DNA from: Callorhinchus milii
Taxonomy: Eukaryota
DNA length: 64,000 nt
Assembly: GCF_018977255.1 (NCBI RefSeq)
Contig: NW_024704746.1
Span: 28,148,001-28,212,000, forward strand
Direction of reading: 5' to 3'
Positions 1 to 11,905 of this stretch are shown piece by piece (the first letter of the stretch is position 1; each line of letters opens with the position of its first letter). The notes beneath the pieces were generated by a model. That model saw only the letters and a program-made list of their open reading frames with translations, was not told where the DNA came from and made no database searches. A program made the position numbers and the translations under genes.

Positions 1-284
1 CTTATCACGTCTTCTAGACGTCTCAAACTGCTTCACAGAATATGCTGTAAAGTGAATTGACCGTATATTTGTGGGCGAAACACGGCAGCCAATTGCGCAC
101 AGCTGCGTCCCACTAACAGTCGTGGATTGAAAAATGACCAATTTATTCTTGTTTTTTTGCTTTGGAGGGAATATTATCAGGCGTGTGGAGTGAGGAAACT
201 TGCCCAAGGTTTTGCCCTGCCGGGAATCGAACCCAGGTCTCTCGCTTGCCAGGTGAGCGCTCTAACCCCTGAGCTACAGGACGC
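1..284 (-). mobile_element. tRNA-Ala/Deu-like/L2-tail SINE, short subfamily (tail cut by window edge)
   Basis: Reverse strand has a tRNA-like head with A box (TAGCTCAGGGG) and B box (GGTTCGATTCC), then core GTGCGCAATTGGCTGCC and tail; colinear with the copy at 52463-52784. Confidence 0.9.
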
Positions 285-437
285 ACATTGCAGTTGTTTT
301 TTTTTAAAAAGTACAATGAGGAAATCACCAAGTTTCATCACAGGATTGTTTCACTTCCTTGCATTTGCTATCGAGCCTTATCCCAAAGCTGATGTAACAT
401 TACAGACAGACAGTATCTCAGACATCTAACGTGTGAA

Positions 438-736
438 CACACAGTAAACTCAGACACAGTAACACTGTAGACACAGTAACTCACACACTGTGACACTGTA
501 GACACAGCAACTCACACACTGCAACACCGTAGACACAGTAACTCACACACTGCAACACCGTAGACACAGTAACTCACACACTGCAACACCGTAGACACAG
601 CAACTCACACACTGCAACACCGTAGACACAGTAACTCACACACTGCGACACCGTAGACACAGTAACTCACACACTGCGACACCGTAGACACAGTAACTCA
701 CACACTGCGACACTGTAGACACAGTAACTCACACAC
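438..736. repeat. 31-bp minisatellite, about 9 units (GTAGACACAGTAACTCACACACTGCRACACC)
   Basis: GTAGACACAG recurs at 467, 498, 529, 560, 591, 622, 653, 684 and 715, a spacing of exactly 31 nt. Confidence 0.97.
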
Positions 737-1367
737 AATGCAGAATGGCAGCAGATACAGGAACACTGATCCTCTCCCCCCGCCTTTTTCTTAAATTTCA
801 CTCTTCCTGTTACAGGCAAAATGGCAATTGGTTCTTTCAAAAGTACCCAGAGTGCAAACTGCAGCTGACACTCCCTCTGGGCTGGCCAACTGCAGCCGCC
901 TTCTTGTCCACACCTTACTTTTTGCATTTGACTGTATCTCTGGGCCAATAATAGCAGTGGAAATGGAAGGAGATGAAACTCTAGGTTAATTCAACCAGAC
1001 CTGCTGAACCGTACTCATTTCCACCCCTCCCTTTTATATCTGCAAAATAAAGAACTCCTTCGGTTGTATCTTTCTCTGCGTAAACTCATATGTGCTGTAC
1101 ATGGTTAAGTGGATTTGCAGACTGTCTCACTCTTTGGGATCATAAATCTTACTCCCAGCAAGGGAACAACCTTGATGTCTTCGATAAGGGCAAGAACATT
1201 AGTTATTTTGCGTTGCTGCCATGGAAACTGAGGACGGCAAATATTTATTTGTATATTAAGTGCTCTTGTTCGGCAAAATAAACTGATGTCTTCAAATGAA
1301 CAATCTTAAACTGATGTCTGTTTAAACCGTCGTTGGTGTTAGAAGCTGCCGCAATTTTCAACCTAAC

Positions 1368-1524
1368 CTCCGCAAGTAATATTGTTCCCGGAGAACGAGC
1401 ATTAAAAAAGGGAAGAGGCTCGGTGTGTTCCAAAGCCATGGTACAATTTTGAAAATCGTATCAAAAGGCATCATTTTTATCCAACAGCGTCGTGAAGAAA
1501 ATGAGACAAGACTCTTATCAGAAT
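1368..1524 (-). other. Exon-like segment (157 nt), gene unidentified
   Basis: Strong acceptor TTTTTTCTGGTTACTTTTTTGCAG, weak donor GAG|GTTAGG, one fully open frame, Kozak-context ACCATGG at 1439 and locally raised CpG. No protein recognised. Confidence 0.25.
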
Positions 1525-1654
1525 CTGCAAAAAAGTAACCAGAAAAAAATCCCAAACTTTTTCTTTAAACTTCTAAAATGACAGGTTTTCGGTTACACAA
1601 TTGAGGTGATCAGAGCCCTTGTCGTGATCCAGCTCTAATTTTAAGACGATAAGG

Positions 1655-2019
1655 ATAATAATAATAATCCTTGCATTTGATTGAGTGCTTTATCACGTCT
1701 TCGAGCGCTTCACAGAATATACTGTAAAGCGAATTGACTGTGTATTTTGTGGGTGAAACGCGGCAGTCAATTGCCCTCAGCAGTGTTCCACAAACAGTCG
1801 TGGATTGAGTGACCAAATTATTATTTTTAAAAATTTTTTAAGGGATTATTTCCCCCCAAAAAGCGATTCTCCAATTGACTAACAACCGGCTTCCTACTTA
1901 CTGCTAGGTAAACAGAGTTGTGTGGAGTAAGGAAACTTGCCTAATGTTTCGCACTGCCCGCTCATCGAACCCAGGTCCTCTCGCTTGCGAGGCGAGTGCT
2001 CTAACCAATACGCTATTCC
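1655..2019 (-). mobile_element. SINE, long subfamily, near full length
   Basis: (ATT)n tail, core, the extra middle block CTCTGTTTACCTAGCAGTAAGTAGGAAGCCGGTTG and a tRNA-like head with B box GGTTCGATG. Confidence 0.9.
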
Positions 2020-3349
2020 ACGCTCCATATGTTATAAGCACATACTTCATCCAAACCAATAGGAAATGCCAAAAGAATGATTGAAAATTATTTGAAACAT
2101 ACTCTTCTATCCCAGTTTGTTCCTATGCATACTCATTGAAATGACTGGACAGTGCACAAAAGTGAACAAACTGAAGAGGCAGATCAGACAATTGTATTCA
2201 TAATAATTCTGAGTACTACAAACGGTCGCTAAAATTCACCTCATCTTTGATGTGCAGTTGTTTTACTTTCCAAGTAAAAAGGACTTCCTTCAAGTTCCGG
2301 TTTCTATTGAAATTCAAGTGAGGATGAAACATAACACATTGGCGAGTGCATTCTCTCCATTCAAAGTACTTACAATTAGTTATATTCCTTTAATATTTAT
2401 AATGACAAAATGACAAGGCTCAATACATCCTAAAACATACAGTAAAGGTTAAATAAGTCTAAGAATAGGAAATAGTTCCCAATATTAGGCCATCATTAAA
2501 TAATAATGATTTGTGAACGACATACCTCAGTTGGATTGTCCAATCATAGGGCTTTTGAAACAAATGCCACCCATTTGGTGAATAAATAGCGATGGTGATT
2601 AACAATTATAATTCTAAAACACAACGGTTACTAACAATTATAATTAGCAAGAACATTCTTTTGTTATTTGCATGTTTGGTGGATTGATATAGGTTTTGTT
2701 TAACTGAGGAATACTGATGAGACCATCAGGATTTAGTGGGTTGAATGGGTGACTGACTGTTGGTGGGAGCTGAATTAGCATTAATAGAGATACAGTCATT
2801 AACCCAGTATTGCTTGAGCATCTACTCTGTATATTAATGAATCTCCCTCACAGCTTCAGGCTTAGTAACCCTTCCAATCCATTAGCTCTGCTGGTGTCAA
2901 ACCCACTAATATTCAGCCAAAGTCAACAAAACTAAACAAAAGATTGTTACAAATAATTATAAATCTTTGCAAATGATCGGTTCTCAACAGGGGTATGATG
3001 GTGAGACTGACACTATTTAATGTGTTTTTCTAATTAATTCCAAACAGTTGGATCAACTGTTTTATGATTTTCAAACTGTTTTTTTTTAAATCTTTTAAAG
3101 CACATACAAGGGCTAAAGGTTTATATTTGCATGTAATTTGTGCAAGCTTCAAGAATAGAACAATTTTTGACTTTGTTTTATCTTATAATCCTGATGTTCA
3201 GGAACTCTTAACTCACAAAAATATCACAATGAAGTAATTATAATCAGTCACCCTCAGAAAATCACCAAACCAAAATGTGAGGTAAAAGTTCAAAGAGAGG
3301 TAGAGTGGTTTATTAAACACTTGTCTAATAAACCATTTGATGCTGCAAT

Positions 3350-3700
3350 TAATAACAACAACTTGCATTGATACAGTGCCTTTTTGTGTAACTTAGTGTC
3401 TCAGAGTATTTCACAAAGATAGAAATTAATGCCTTACAAGGAAGGAAGGGGAGGTTGGAGGCGGGATGTAACCATTGGGGCAATCAAAGAGAATTAAAGA
3501 CACAGATAGAGAGGGCGTGAGGAAAAGGGGGAAGAGGGATGGAGTTCCAGACATATAGTTGCTGAAGGCGTAGACACTAATAGGGAGGTGCTGAAGCATG
3601 AAAGAATTTGTGGGTGAGGGCAAGAACCTTGAAGACAGCCTCGTGGAGCCTGGGAAGTATTAGGATGAGGATCATACTAATTGCAAAGGTAGGAGTGAGT
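3350..3700 (-). mobile_element. Degenerate L2 LINE 3' end
   Basis: Starts with ACAACAACTTGCATTGATACAGTGCCTTTT (reverse L2-type tail), followed by a purine-rich stretch with GGAGTTCCAG (reverse of a WNS motif). Confidence 0.55.
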
Positions 3701-3944
3701 GGCAAAGTTTTGTATCAGTTGGGGCTTACGGGTGGTGGAACTATGGAGGCCAGCCGTGCTTTGAATATATTGTAGGGTGTTTATTATTGAAGAATCAGAT
3801 GAACGGGCAGAAAGATTTTCTTCAACCATACCTCTCGTTGTCTTCTACTCTTGTGCTTTCTTATGTGGTTCAGTGTTAGACAATAACACGCAGACAAGAG
3901 AGTATCAATTGTCATTTTAGAGCAGAATGATTTTTACTAATCAT

Positions 3945-4175
3945 TAAGAGAGTTGTTATGGTCTGGAATGCACTGCCTGAAAGGCTGGTGGAAGCAGATT
4001 CGATAGTAACTTTCAAAAGGGAATTGGATAGGTACTTAAAATGGGGAAAAAAAATTGCAGGGCTAAGGGGTAAGAACGGGAATGTGAGACTCTTTGGAAG
4101 TTCTTTCGAAGATCCAGCACAGGCGCAATGGGCCAAATGGTCTCCTTCTGTGCTGTAAGATTCTATGATTTTATT
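3945..4175 (+). mobile_element. CR1-type LINE 3' end
   Basis: Encodes VWNALPERLVEADSIVTFKRELDRYL (CR1 ORF2 C-terminus) and ends in the 3' UTR ATGGGCCAAATGGTCTCCTTCTGTGCTGTAAGATTCTATGATT. Confidence 0.92.
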
Positions 4176-4490
4176 CTACAACGGAAGACTGTTTAATTAA
4201 TTTAAAGTGAAAATCACCCAATAAATAAACAAATATAAATAAATAAATATGTTTGATAAATAGAAAAAAAAGCATTGGGAGCAAGTTTGTCAGATATGAC
4301 TTTGTTTGCACAAATAAAAATGTATTTTGATATTTATTTAAATTCTATTTTAAAAGAATATTTTTTCCATATGAAGATATTTTCTTTCAATTATGTTATA
4401 CCCGTAATGATTTATTTATGTAAAAATAAGTTCAAATGCATGGAATCTTAATGTAACACAAAATATATCACTGATTTAACTTAGATTTAA

Positions 4491-4547
4491 TCAATTTCCC
4501 CAGATCTTATATTTGAGATCTAGACATATAAGATCTGGGGAAATTGA
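4491..4547. repeat. Perfect inverted repeat, 22-bp arms and 13-nt loop
   Basis: TCAATTTCCCCAGATCTTATAT (4491-4512) is the exact reverse complement of ATATAAGATCTGGGGAAATTGA (4526-4547). Confidence 0.97.
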
Positions 4548-4834
4548 ACATTTTCAGTATTATCTGATAAATATAAACATCAAGAAATAAATACATACAT
4601 ATATAAAATGAAATACATTTACAAAAATTAAGAAAATGCTCAAAGCAAAAATATATTAAAAACAGCTGTTGCTTTTTTTTTGCTAAGGAGTCTTAGCCTC
4701 CGATTTAATTCTCTCTTCAATAGTTGTTAAGATTGAGAATTTGTAACATGAGGAAATCAAAGTCCAAAAGCTTTAGCCTACCAATTCTGCAGTATGATAA
4801 TAACTTATACAGTATATATAGATATATATCAGTC

Positions 4835-5065
4835 TGGTGGTTGATGATAATGTGGTAGGTATACTTTTTGACTTTCAAAATGCTTTCGAAGGATATTTTT
4901 CTAAAGGAAAAGCTCATGAGATCTGAAAGAAAAGAGTCAATTGGACAATCAATTGGTTAAGTAATAGGAAGCAGAGAGCAGTCATCAATAGTAGCTCTAA
5001 TTAGATAACTGTTACCAGCAGAGTCCCCAAGGGTCAAATACTGGCATCCTACTGTTCATAATAAT
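4835..5065 (+). mobile_element. CR1 reverse transcriptase fragment
   Basis: Frames give VVGILFDFQNAFE, NWLSNRKQRAVIN and VTSRVP, matching CR1 RT motifs LDFQKAFD, WLxxRKQRVVIN and VTSGVPQG. Confidence 0.85.
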
Positions 5066-5224
5066 AATTCTGCTGGTGAAGATAATATCAATAAAAAGGT
5101 TCAAATAAATGTATTGCACTAATGTATGTGACAAAGCAAGACATTCAGAAGGGAGTGGAGAGCTTTTTTATATTAAAAAAAATCGATAGCAAATATTACA
5201 AGATAGAAAAATTTAACAATACAT

Positions 5225-5390
5225 TAAATTACAATTTACATTTTTATAGCACCTTTCATATTGGGAGGATGTTTCAAAGTGCTTGAAACTGGTGGCTGGG
5301 AACTCGAGACATGGGGTGGGAGCTGAAGAGGGTGAAAGGGAATTGAACTGAAAGTGCAGTCAAAGAGATAGATCTTGAGAAGAGAATAAT
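5225..5390 (-). mobile_element. L2 LINE 3' fragment
   Basis: ACAATTTACATTTTTATAGCACCTTTCATATTGGGAGGATGTTTCAAAGTGCTT is the reverse L2-type tail. Confidence 0.7.
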
Positions 5391-6349
5391 ACATTAAAAA
5401 CAATAACTTGCTATTAACGTGGAATAGACAAAATATTTAGGTAATTTGACCAAAAGTTGAAAATATCATCAAATTGGAAATAATAATTCATGAGCCAATA
5501 TAGCATTAAACCAATTGACTGTAAATGTAAGGAAGCAATACTAGCAAAGCATTAGTGAGATAATGTACAAAGTAGTTTGTCCAGTAGCTTTGACCATTCT
5601 CCCTAAGGTACTTACACAGCAACACAAAAGCTTTCTGTATGCTGATATTGAGACTTATATCATGCATGTTGGAACATAAAGATCAACAAATGCCTTAACA
5701 TCTGAGGGAGAAATTACAAAGAATTATGTTACTCATTAATAAACAGAACTCATTAAAACGATTTTCTATCTTTTGTTTCTTAACAACCCTGACCCGCTTA
5801 TTGAATTTGTGTTTTTCTGGCCTTTTAGATCCCTCATCACCTTGTATCCTTTCAATACTAAGTGATTAGACTGTCATTCGACAGGTCAGAACAACTTGCA
5901 TTCAAACCTGTCACATAAAGCTCTTTAATTCTGTCAGAAAGTTTGCTGGCTACTGATGTTTTGACTTAAATTTAGTCTTAATTTGGAAACCAGACAAAAA
6001 GCAGCTTTTTTTTAAAAAAAAGCAACTTCCAAATAAAGACTGACTTTAAAAATGTTTCACATTCTCTGCGTAATCCTAAATTTTGAAGGAAAATGGTCAT
6101 ACGTAAGGTAAGTGAAATTTGGGGTCCTAACTGCCAAGATTTATTAATGCAGAAAATGTTTACATGAAAATTGCTATCAAGCAAGATTACATTAAGTTTA
6201 CCTTATATAATAAAAGGTGATGAATGCTTCATAATGCCAATTTAAAATCACATGTTCAGACGATGCTTGTCATGTGGAGCATAGTTCTGATTTTCCAATC
6301 CATGAGTTCACATAACAATCATCTGAAATAAGTGAACTGAGTTTTGTTC

Positions 6350-6687
6350 TGCTCGCCTCGTAAGTGAGAGAACTCAGGTTCGATTCCCGGGCAGGGTGAA
6401 ACCTCAGGCAAGTTTCCTCACTCCGCACACCTGTTTACCTGGCAGTAAATAGGAACCTGGTTGTTAGTCAATTGGAGGATCGCTTTCTGGTGGTAATAAT
6501 CTCTTCAAAAAAAAAATTTGGTCACTCAATTCACGAGTGTTTGTGGGACACTGCTATGCACAATTGGCTGCCGAGTTTTGCCCACAAAATATAGTCAATT
6601 CGCTTTACGGTATATTCTGTGAAGCGTTTTGAGACGTCTCGACGACATGAGGCACTATATCAAATGCAAGGAATATTATTGTTATTT
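6350..6687 (+). mobile_element. SINE, long subfamily (5' end clipped)
   Basis: B box GGTTCGATTCC, middle block, core and tail to ATCAAATGCAAGGAATATTATT. Confidence 0.9.
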
Positions 6688-8314
6688 ATGTAGGAAGTAT
6701 TGGTTCTCTGTATTGGTACCTCCCTCTATTGAGAATTTAGCATTTTTGGTTTTGTCCAGTGAAAGTATGTCAGCCATTCCACGACACCCCATATTGAAGG
6801 ACCAACGTCCTATGACATTCAACAGTATTGCTTTCAAAGACAGTGTTAATTTTGAGAATTCAGGTCAATGCTTTATATTTATCCAGACTTAAATTATTAT
6901 AAAAAAAAGAAAATCATTGTGCTTTATTGGTGATAATAACCCTGCACTCTAAGGCACCTTAAGAAACCTGTAAAGTGTAATCTTGACAATGATTATTGTT
7001 AGTGAATGTGAGGCATTAAAATTACACTTTTAGTTTAACATATTGTCTGCATTTGAAAATCGTTGTCTGACAGCTGTACTTAGGATGTGAGAAAATCTGT
7101 CTTCCCTGCAGGGATCAGTTTATTTCCTGTAAAGCCTATGCAAATACTTCAATAAGAACTTGTTCCCAAAACTACATTTGTAGAAGTGAAAGTAATAAAT
7201 AACCAGCTGTTCATTTAAACCACTTTTTAACCTCTGACCATAATTATTTCAGTTAACATGAAAGGATAAGGTGCAAAGACACTGCAGATGGCTACTGATT
7301 GATATCCTGTAATTATAATTATATTAAGTTATTAATGCAACTGGTAATGAAAAAAGTGAAAATTATTGTAATTAAACATAAAGAGAGAAACCTAAAATGT
7401 GTTTTTTAAGAAGAAAATAAACATTAGTTTGAGAGCAACACTCTTTCGTTATTTTGATTTTGTGCAGAAATAAAAAATGTATTAATAGAGAAATATTATA
7501 CATAAAGCATTAAATACCCAACATAGTTAGCAATATTTTAATTTGCACTATTCAATGCTTTCTCATATTATTTGAAATTTGAAATATTTGATCCAAGGTG
7601 ATTATTTAAATGTTGTTGTATCAACATTTTTTACTCAGTGGTTGAATTTTGCATATATAAAGAAATACTAATTGTGCAATTATACACTAGAACGCAAAGC
7701 TGATCTTTTCTATGCCTTTGCGACCATGAAGCTGTCTTTTTTTTACATCATTAAGAAGTGCACAAGTTTGCGCCATTTCACACTAATATTTTTTAGTTTT
7801 TTTCCTGCTATGTTTGTTATTGAAGAAAGGGTTTGCTGTTATTTCAGAACTTTTCATCCTGTGGATTAAACTATGCTGTCAGCATCAGCACAAACAACAA
7901 GAACAAAAATGTTGCTGGAATGGAATAACACTATCCCCCAGCAGTTTACATTGATCTCCCCACCTCCCAAGTGCAATCTCCAAATGCCAGGGAAGCCAAA
8001 TAAAATGTAAAACAAATATTGTTTTTTGTGGTAGAATATTGTTGTAACACAGAGCTTGTGGATGTCGGTCTCTCTGTGTGATTCTCTCCATTCTCGGTTG
8101 CTCAGGGTAGGGCAGAAAGTGAAGCATAAGGACTTCCCAACGGGAAAGAAGTGAAAGAAGTGAAATTGTGAAACTACGATTGCGCTCCGGAAAGAAAAGA
8201 GCATAATTAGAAATTATGAAAGTTCCTCCGGAATTGTCAAGTAATCTTTCTCTTTTAGATGCTGATTGTCCTGTTGTGAATTTCAGCATTTCCTGGTTTC
8301 CATTACCCTCAGCC

Positions 8315-8478
8315 TCAATCCACGCCTGTTTGTGGGACGCTGCTGTGCGCAATTGGCGGCCGTGTTTCGCCCACAAATACACAGTCAATTCACTTTACAA
8401 TATATCCTGTGAAGCGCTTTGAGACACCTCAATGACGCGATGAGGCGCTGTATCAAACGCAAGGATTATTAAATTATT
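8315..8478 (+). mobile_element. SINE, 5'-truncated
   Basis: Core TGTTTGTGGGACGCTGCTGTGCGCAATTGG and tail. Confidence 0.9.
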
Positions 8479-8574
8479 AGTTTGTTTAATTTCCCCTTTC
8501 GGAATGGGTATGCATTTTATGCTTTGTGATGAAAATCAGTGTTGGAAATGTAACTTTTTTTTATTGCGAGCCCC

Positions 8575-8925
8575 TGGTTGTCAGCAACAAAGCATTGACA
8601 ATTGGGTTACAATACAGTTAGATGTTCTCTGCTATGTATTAACAATGAGCCTCAGCCCCAATCTCACAAGACACGATCCTATAGTCCCCGTAGCATTTTC
8701 CTTTCACTACAACAGCCATCATTTGAAATGTATATCAAATTTGTACCGAATTAAGGGCAGTTGTGCACATGCTGGGGATTGTAGAGGCTGCTGAAATGAA
8801 TGTTGTAAAGGGCTATTACAACCAGCAGATGAAGAAGAGACGTTAGTTTCATTATTCTGGCCTAGATTTGCGCCCAGATAGCAGAGGTGACAGACCAAAT
8901 GTGCTAATCCACCCCAGTGTTACGT
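8575..8925 (-). mobile_element. Old LF-SINE-like element
   Basis: Reverse strand reads GTCTGTCACCTCTGCTATCTGGGCGCAAATC...CTGCTGGTTGTAA...GGGGCTGAGGCTCATTGTT, colinear with the LF-SINE layout as I recall it and with the copies at 42775 and 60225. Confidence 0.55.
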
Positions 8926-10219
8926 GCATTCACCTGCCCGGTAGACATTATAGAAATTTTGCCTTTACTATAATCCAGCAATTATTACACCAAATCATTT
9001 ATTTGGTTCGATGAATATCAGTAAAAGAAATTATTGTTAGCTCTGAGATTTATTTTTTCTATGTGGAGTCCATTGTGACATCTTTATGTAACCAAAGGTA
9101 TGGAAGGTCATGTGGAACTTATAATGACTTGTGTTCAGTTGAATTCAGTAATTTTTATAATTGTAGATCAGTTTTGAACACTAGTACTAATAGCTATACG
9201 TTTTAAAACTGTTTTAATTGAGCTTTAAGTGGCAAAACGCTACCTGGGCTCCCCTTGTGACCATTTCATTCCTCATTACCCTCTAATGGCTAGTTATTAT
9301 TTTCATGTTTAGGGCCTTCCAGCTTATTTTAAGCTATTTTTAATTATTTTTAACCGGCTCCACTCAAGACTTCAATTTCCTTAATGAGACCTTCAGCTAT
9401 TCATTGTAATAAAACTCTTCATTGCCTTAATTCCTTCATTCAGCTACCTATCAGAGCTGACCCCGTTATTTGCCTCTTTCTCCTTTGCCGTTCCTGAGAG
9501 GTTGAAAGAATGGCAAAGGAAAATCTCTTCCGAAACTGGGCCATCATTGGCTTGGAGACAATGTGTGCAAAGCTCAAATCATCACCCATTCTTGGTAAAA
9601 TTTTGCTTAACGTTCTGATTTGAAAACATTACCTGAAACCCTTCACTTTGTCTAGTCATTCTGTTAATGAGACTATTTATAATTGACAGGTGTTCCACTC
9701 GACAAAGCCGATTGCTCAAGCTCGCCTCCTTAGTTGGGGAAAGTTGTTCTAATTTGTTGATGCTGGTTATCGAATGATCCATAAATAGTAAATCAGGGAA
9801 CATTGTGAATCAAATGGTTGGTGAGGGTCTCTTGCAGTCAATGAATTTCTCAGCAGCGTAATTAACACTTTCACCTTGTCAGTTACTTGTGCCTACTCAG
9901 AATCAATAGGAACTACATTGGGGAGAGTGCCCAGTCCCCTAGTTTGTCTCCTAATTAGAGATGGCTACCTGTAATCAATAAGTAACATACCTGGGGAAAT
10001 ATAGTTCTTTATTCAGTCTGTGATTCTTTCTTGTAAACAATCGTTTGAAACCTGAAGAGATTTTGGTGGAGCTCCCTTAGTTACAATGCTCTCAACTCCA
10101 ATCAAGCTGATTCTCAGTTGGTGTTTTTGTTTGGGTTTAATTAAAATCTGCAGGTGAAAACTGATATCTAAGCCAATTAACTAACGGAAATGCACAGACA
10201 AACTTGCATAGAAGCATCA

Positions 10220-10322
10220 TGTGTTTTGCCCACAAATGTACAGTCAATTCACTTTACAGTATGTTCTGTGAAGTGATTTGAGACGTCTCGAAGCTATATC
10301 AAATGCAAGGATTATTGTTATT
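10220..10322 (+). mobile_element. SINE tail fragment
   Basis: GCCCACAAATGTACAGTCAATTCACTTTACAG...ATCAAATGCAAGGATTATT. Confidence 0.88.
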
Positions 10323-11449
10323 TGTGGAGGTTCTGTTCAAAACACAATTTCTGTGGGAACAATGCATCGAGTGTATACTGTTACTGCTTCTGAAATGCTT
10401 CTAAGAAATCACCACTAAGACATAATAGAGGCGTCAGAGACCTCTCTCTGGTCCAATCCATCTGATAAATATCATATCAACTGTAAACTTGACCCCAAAA
10501 TATGTTTATTGCACTGAAAGGTGAACCTCAGATTTTCTGTTTGTGACACATATATTTTAGATAGAGAAGCCAGCTTGCGAGGTTTCAAACACGGAAATGT
10601 GAAGACTTGGCTTTCATCAACTCTATCCCAACCTACTTTAGCTCATGATTTCAACGTGTTTAAAAAGACATTATCCTCTCTGGATCTATAATGGACAATG
10701 TTGCAGGCTCCCCGTTTCTCAGCCTGTCTCAGTATCAGTTTGTCTTCAAGCTGTGGCAGATAAGCGGCTGGATCTCAAAGGACAGCACTAATGGATGGCT
10801 TGACAAGGGGAAGGCGACAGTCCTTTTTGTTACATAGGATCCTTACCTATTTAAAAAACACATTGCACTCAGACAGTTCAGTTTCTGTGTGATCATTGAC
10901 AATTGGTGGGTATGCCAGACTGACTGTGCACTTAACCCTCTTCCACCTAGTGATTTTCCATTAAGACTTCTTTGACTCTCATCATATCCAGGGGGTTTGA
11001 CAGTACAATAAATCGCACTGTGTATCCAGATTTAATAATCAGTAATAAAATTGCTCAGTTCTTCGACTTCTTTGCGAAATCATTTGTTAGCAGCTAAAAA
11101 ATAGAAAATAAAATCTTTGTTTTTGAGAAGCCAAGAAAGAGTTTTTGCACCGATTCTGAGTGGAAATTCTTTTCATAGTTTCACATTTCTTCCCATCGCA
11201 GGTTTGTGTAATTCATAGCATGTACAATGTGTAAGGATTTTTAAAGACAGTGCTTAATAAGGTAACCATGTGGGAACTATTTCTAGTAAGCAGATGTATA
11301 TCAGGTACGACATGCCAACTTGTAGGATTTCTGCTCCAAAAGGATCTTGTGTCAGAGTTAGGTTCTCATATTGCTATCATGCCTTATTAGTGAGTTATTT
11401 TTTAAGAAATCCAGTTAAAATGATGGCATTTTAAGTTCATTCCATGACA

Positions 11450-11905
11450 TTAAACTCACATAGTCTAGGCTGATCCTCCAGTCTAGTGCTGGGGAAGTTT
11501 TACATTGTTAGAGGTGCTATCTTTAATATAATAATAATAATCCTTGCATTTGATATAACACCTTATCACATATTTGAGACATCTCAAAGTGCTCCACAGA
11601 ATACACTGTAAAGTGAATTGACTGGTGAGGTGTTGAACGAAGGTTCCGTCTACCTGTTCAGGTGGATATTGGAAGATCCCACATCATTATTTGAAAAGTG
11701 ATGTACGTTTCTCCTGGTTTCCTGGCTAACAATCCCCACATTAAATTGGTCATCCACTTCATGGCTGTTGGTAAGATAGTTGTGCGCAAATGGCTGTCAC
11801 GTTTGCCTGCAATATACAGTCACTACGCTCTATAGTAAATCCTGTGATGCACTTTGAGACGTCCTTGTAACGTGAAAGTGCTGCATCACATGCAAAGATT
11901 GTAAT
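11450..11905 (+). mobile_element. Old DeuSINE (SacSINE1/AmnSINE1-like) interrupted by a younger insertion
   Basis: TCTAGGCTGA...AGAGGTGCTATCTTT / CCGTCTACCTGTTCAGGTGGATATTGGAAGATCCCA...CTCCTGGTTTCCTGGCTAACA matches the Deu domain; ends in the shared L2 tail. Confidence 0.8.
11525..11623 (-). mobile_element. Young SINE tail nested in the old DeuSINE
   Basis: ATAATAATAATCCTTGCATTTGATA...AAAGTGAATTGACT sits between two contiguous halves of the host element. Confidence 0.88.

Noticed and set aside
438-736. CRISPR array or RSS cluster
   Set aside because: Units are contiguous with no unique spacers, there are no cas genes, and no nonamers accompany the CACAG/CACTG words.
11201-11260. Plus-strand 60-nt exon
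   Set aside because: The acceptor is good, but all three frames have stops and the donor is weak.
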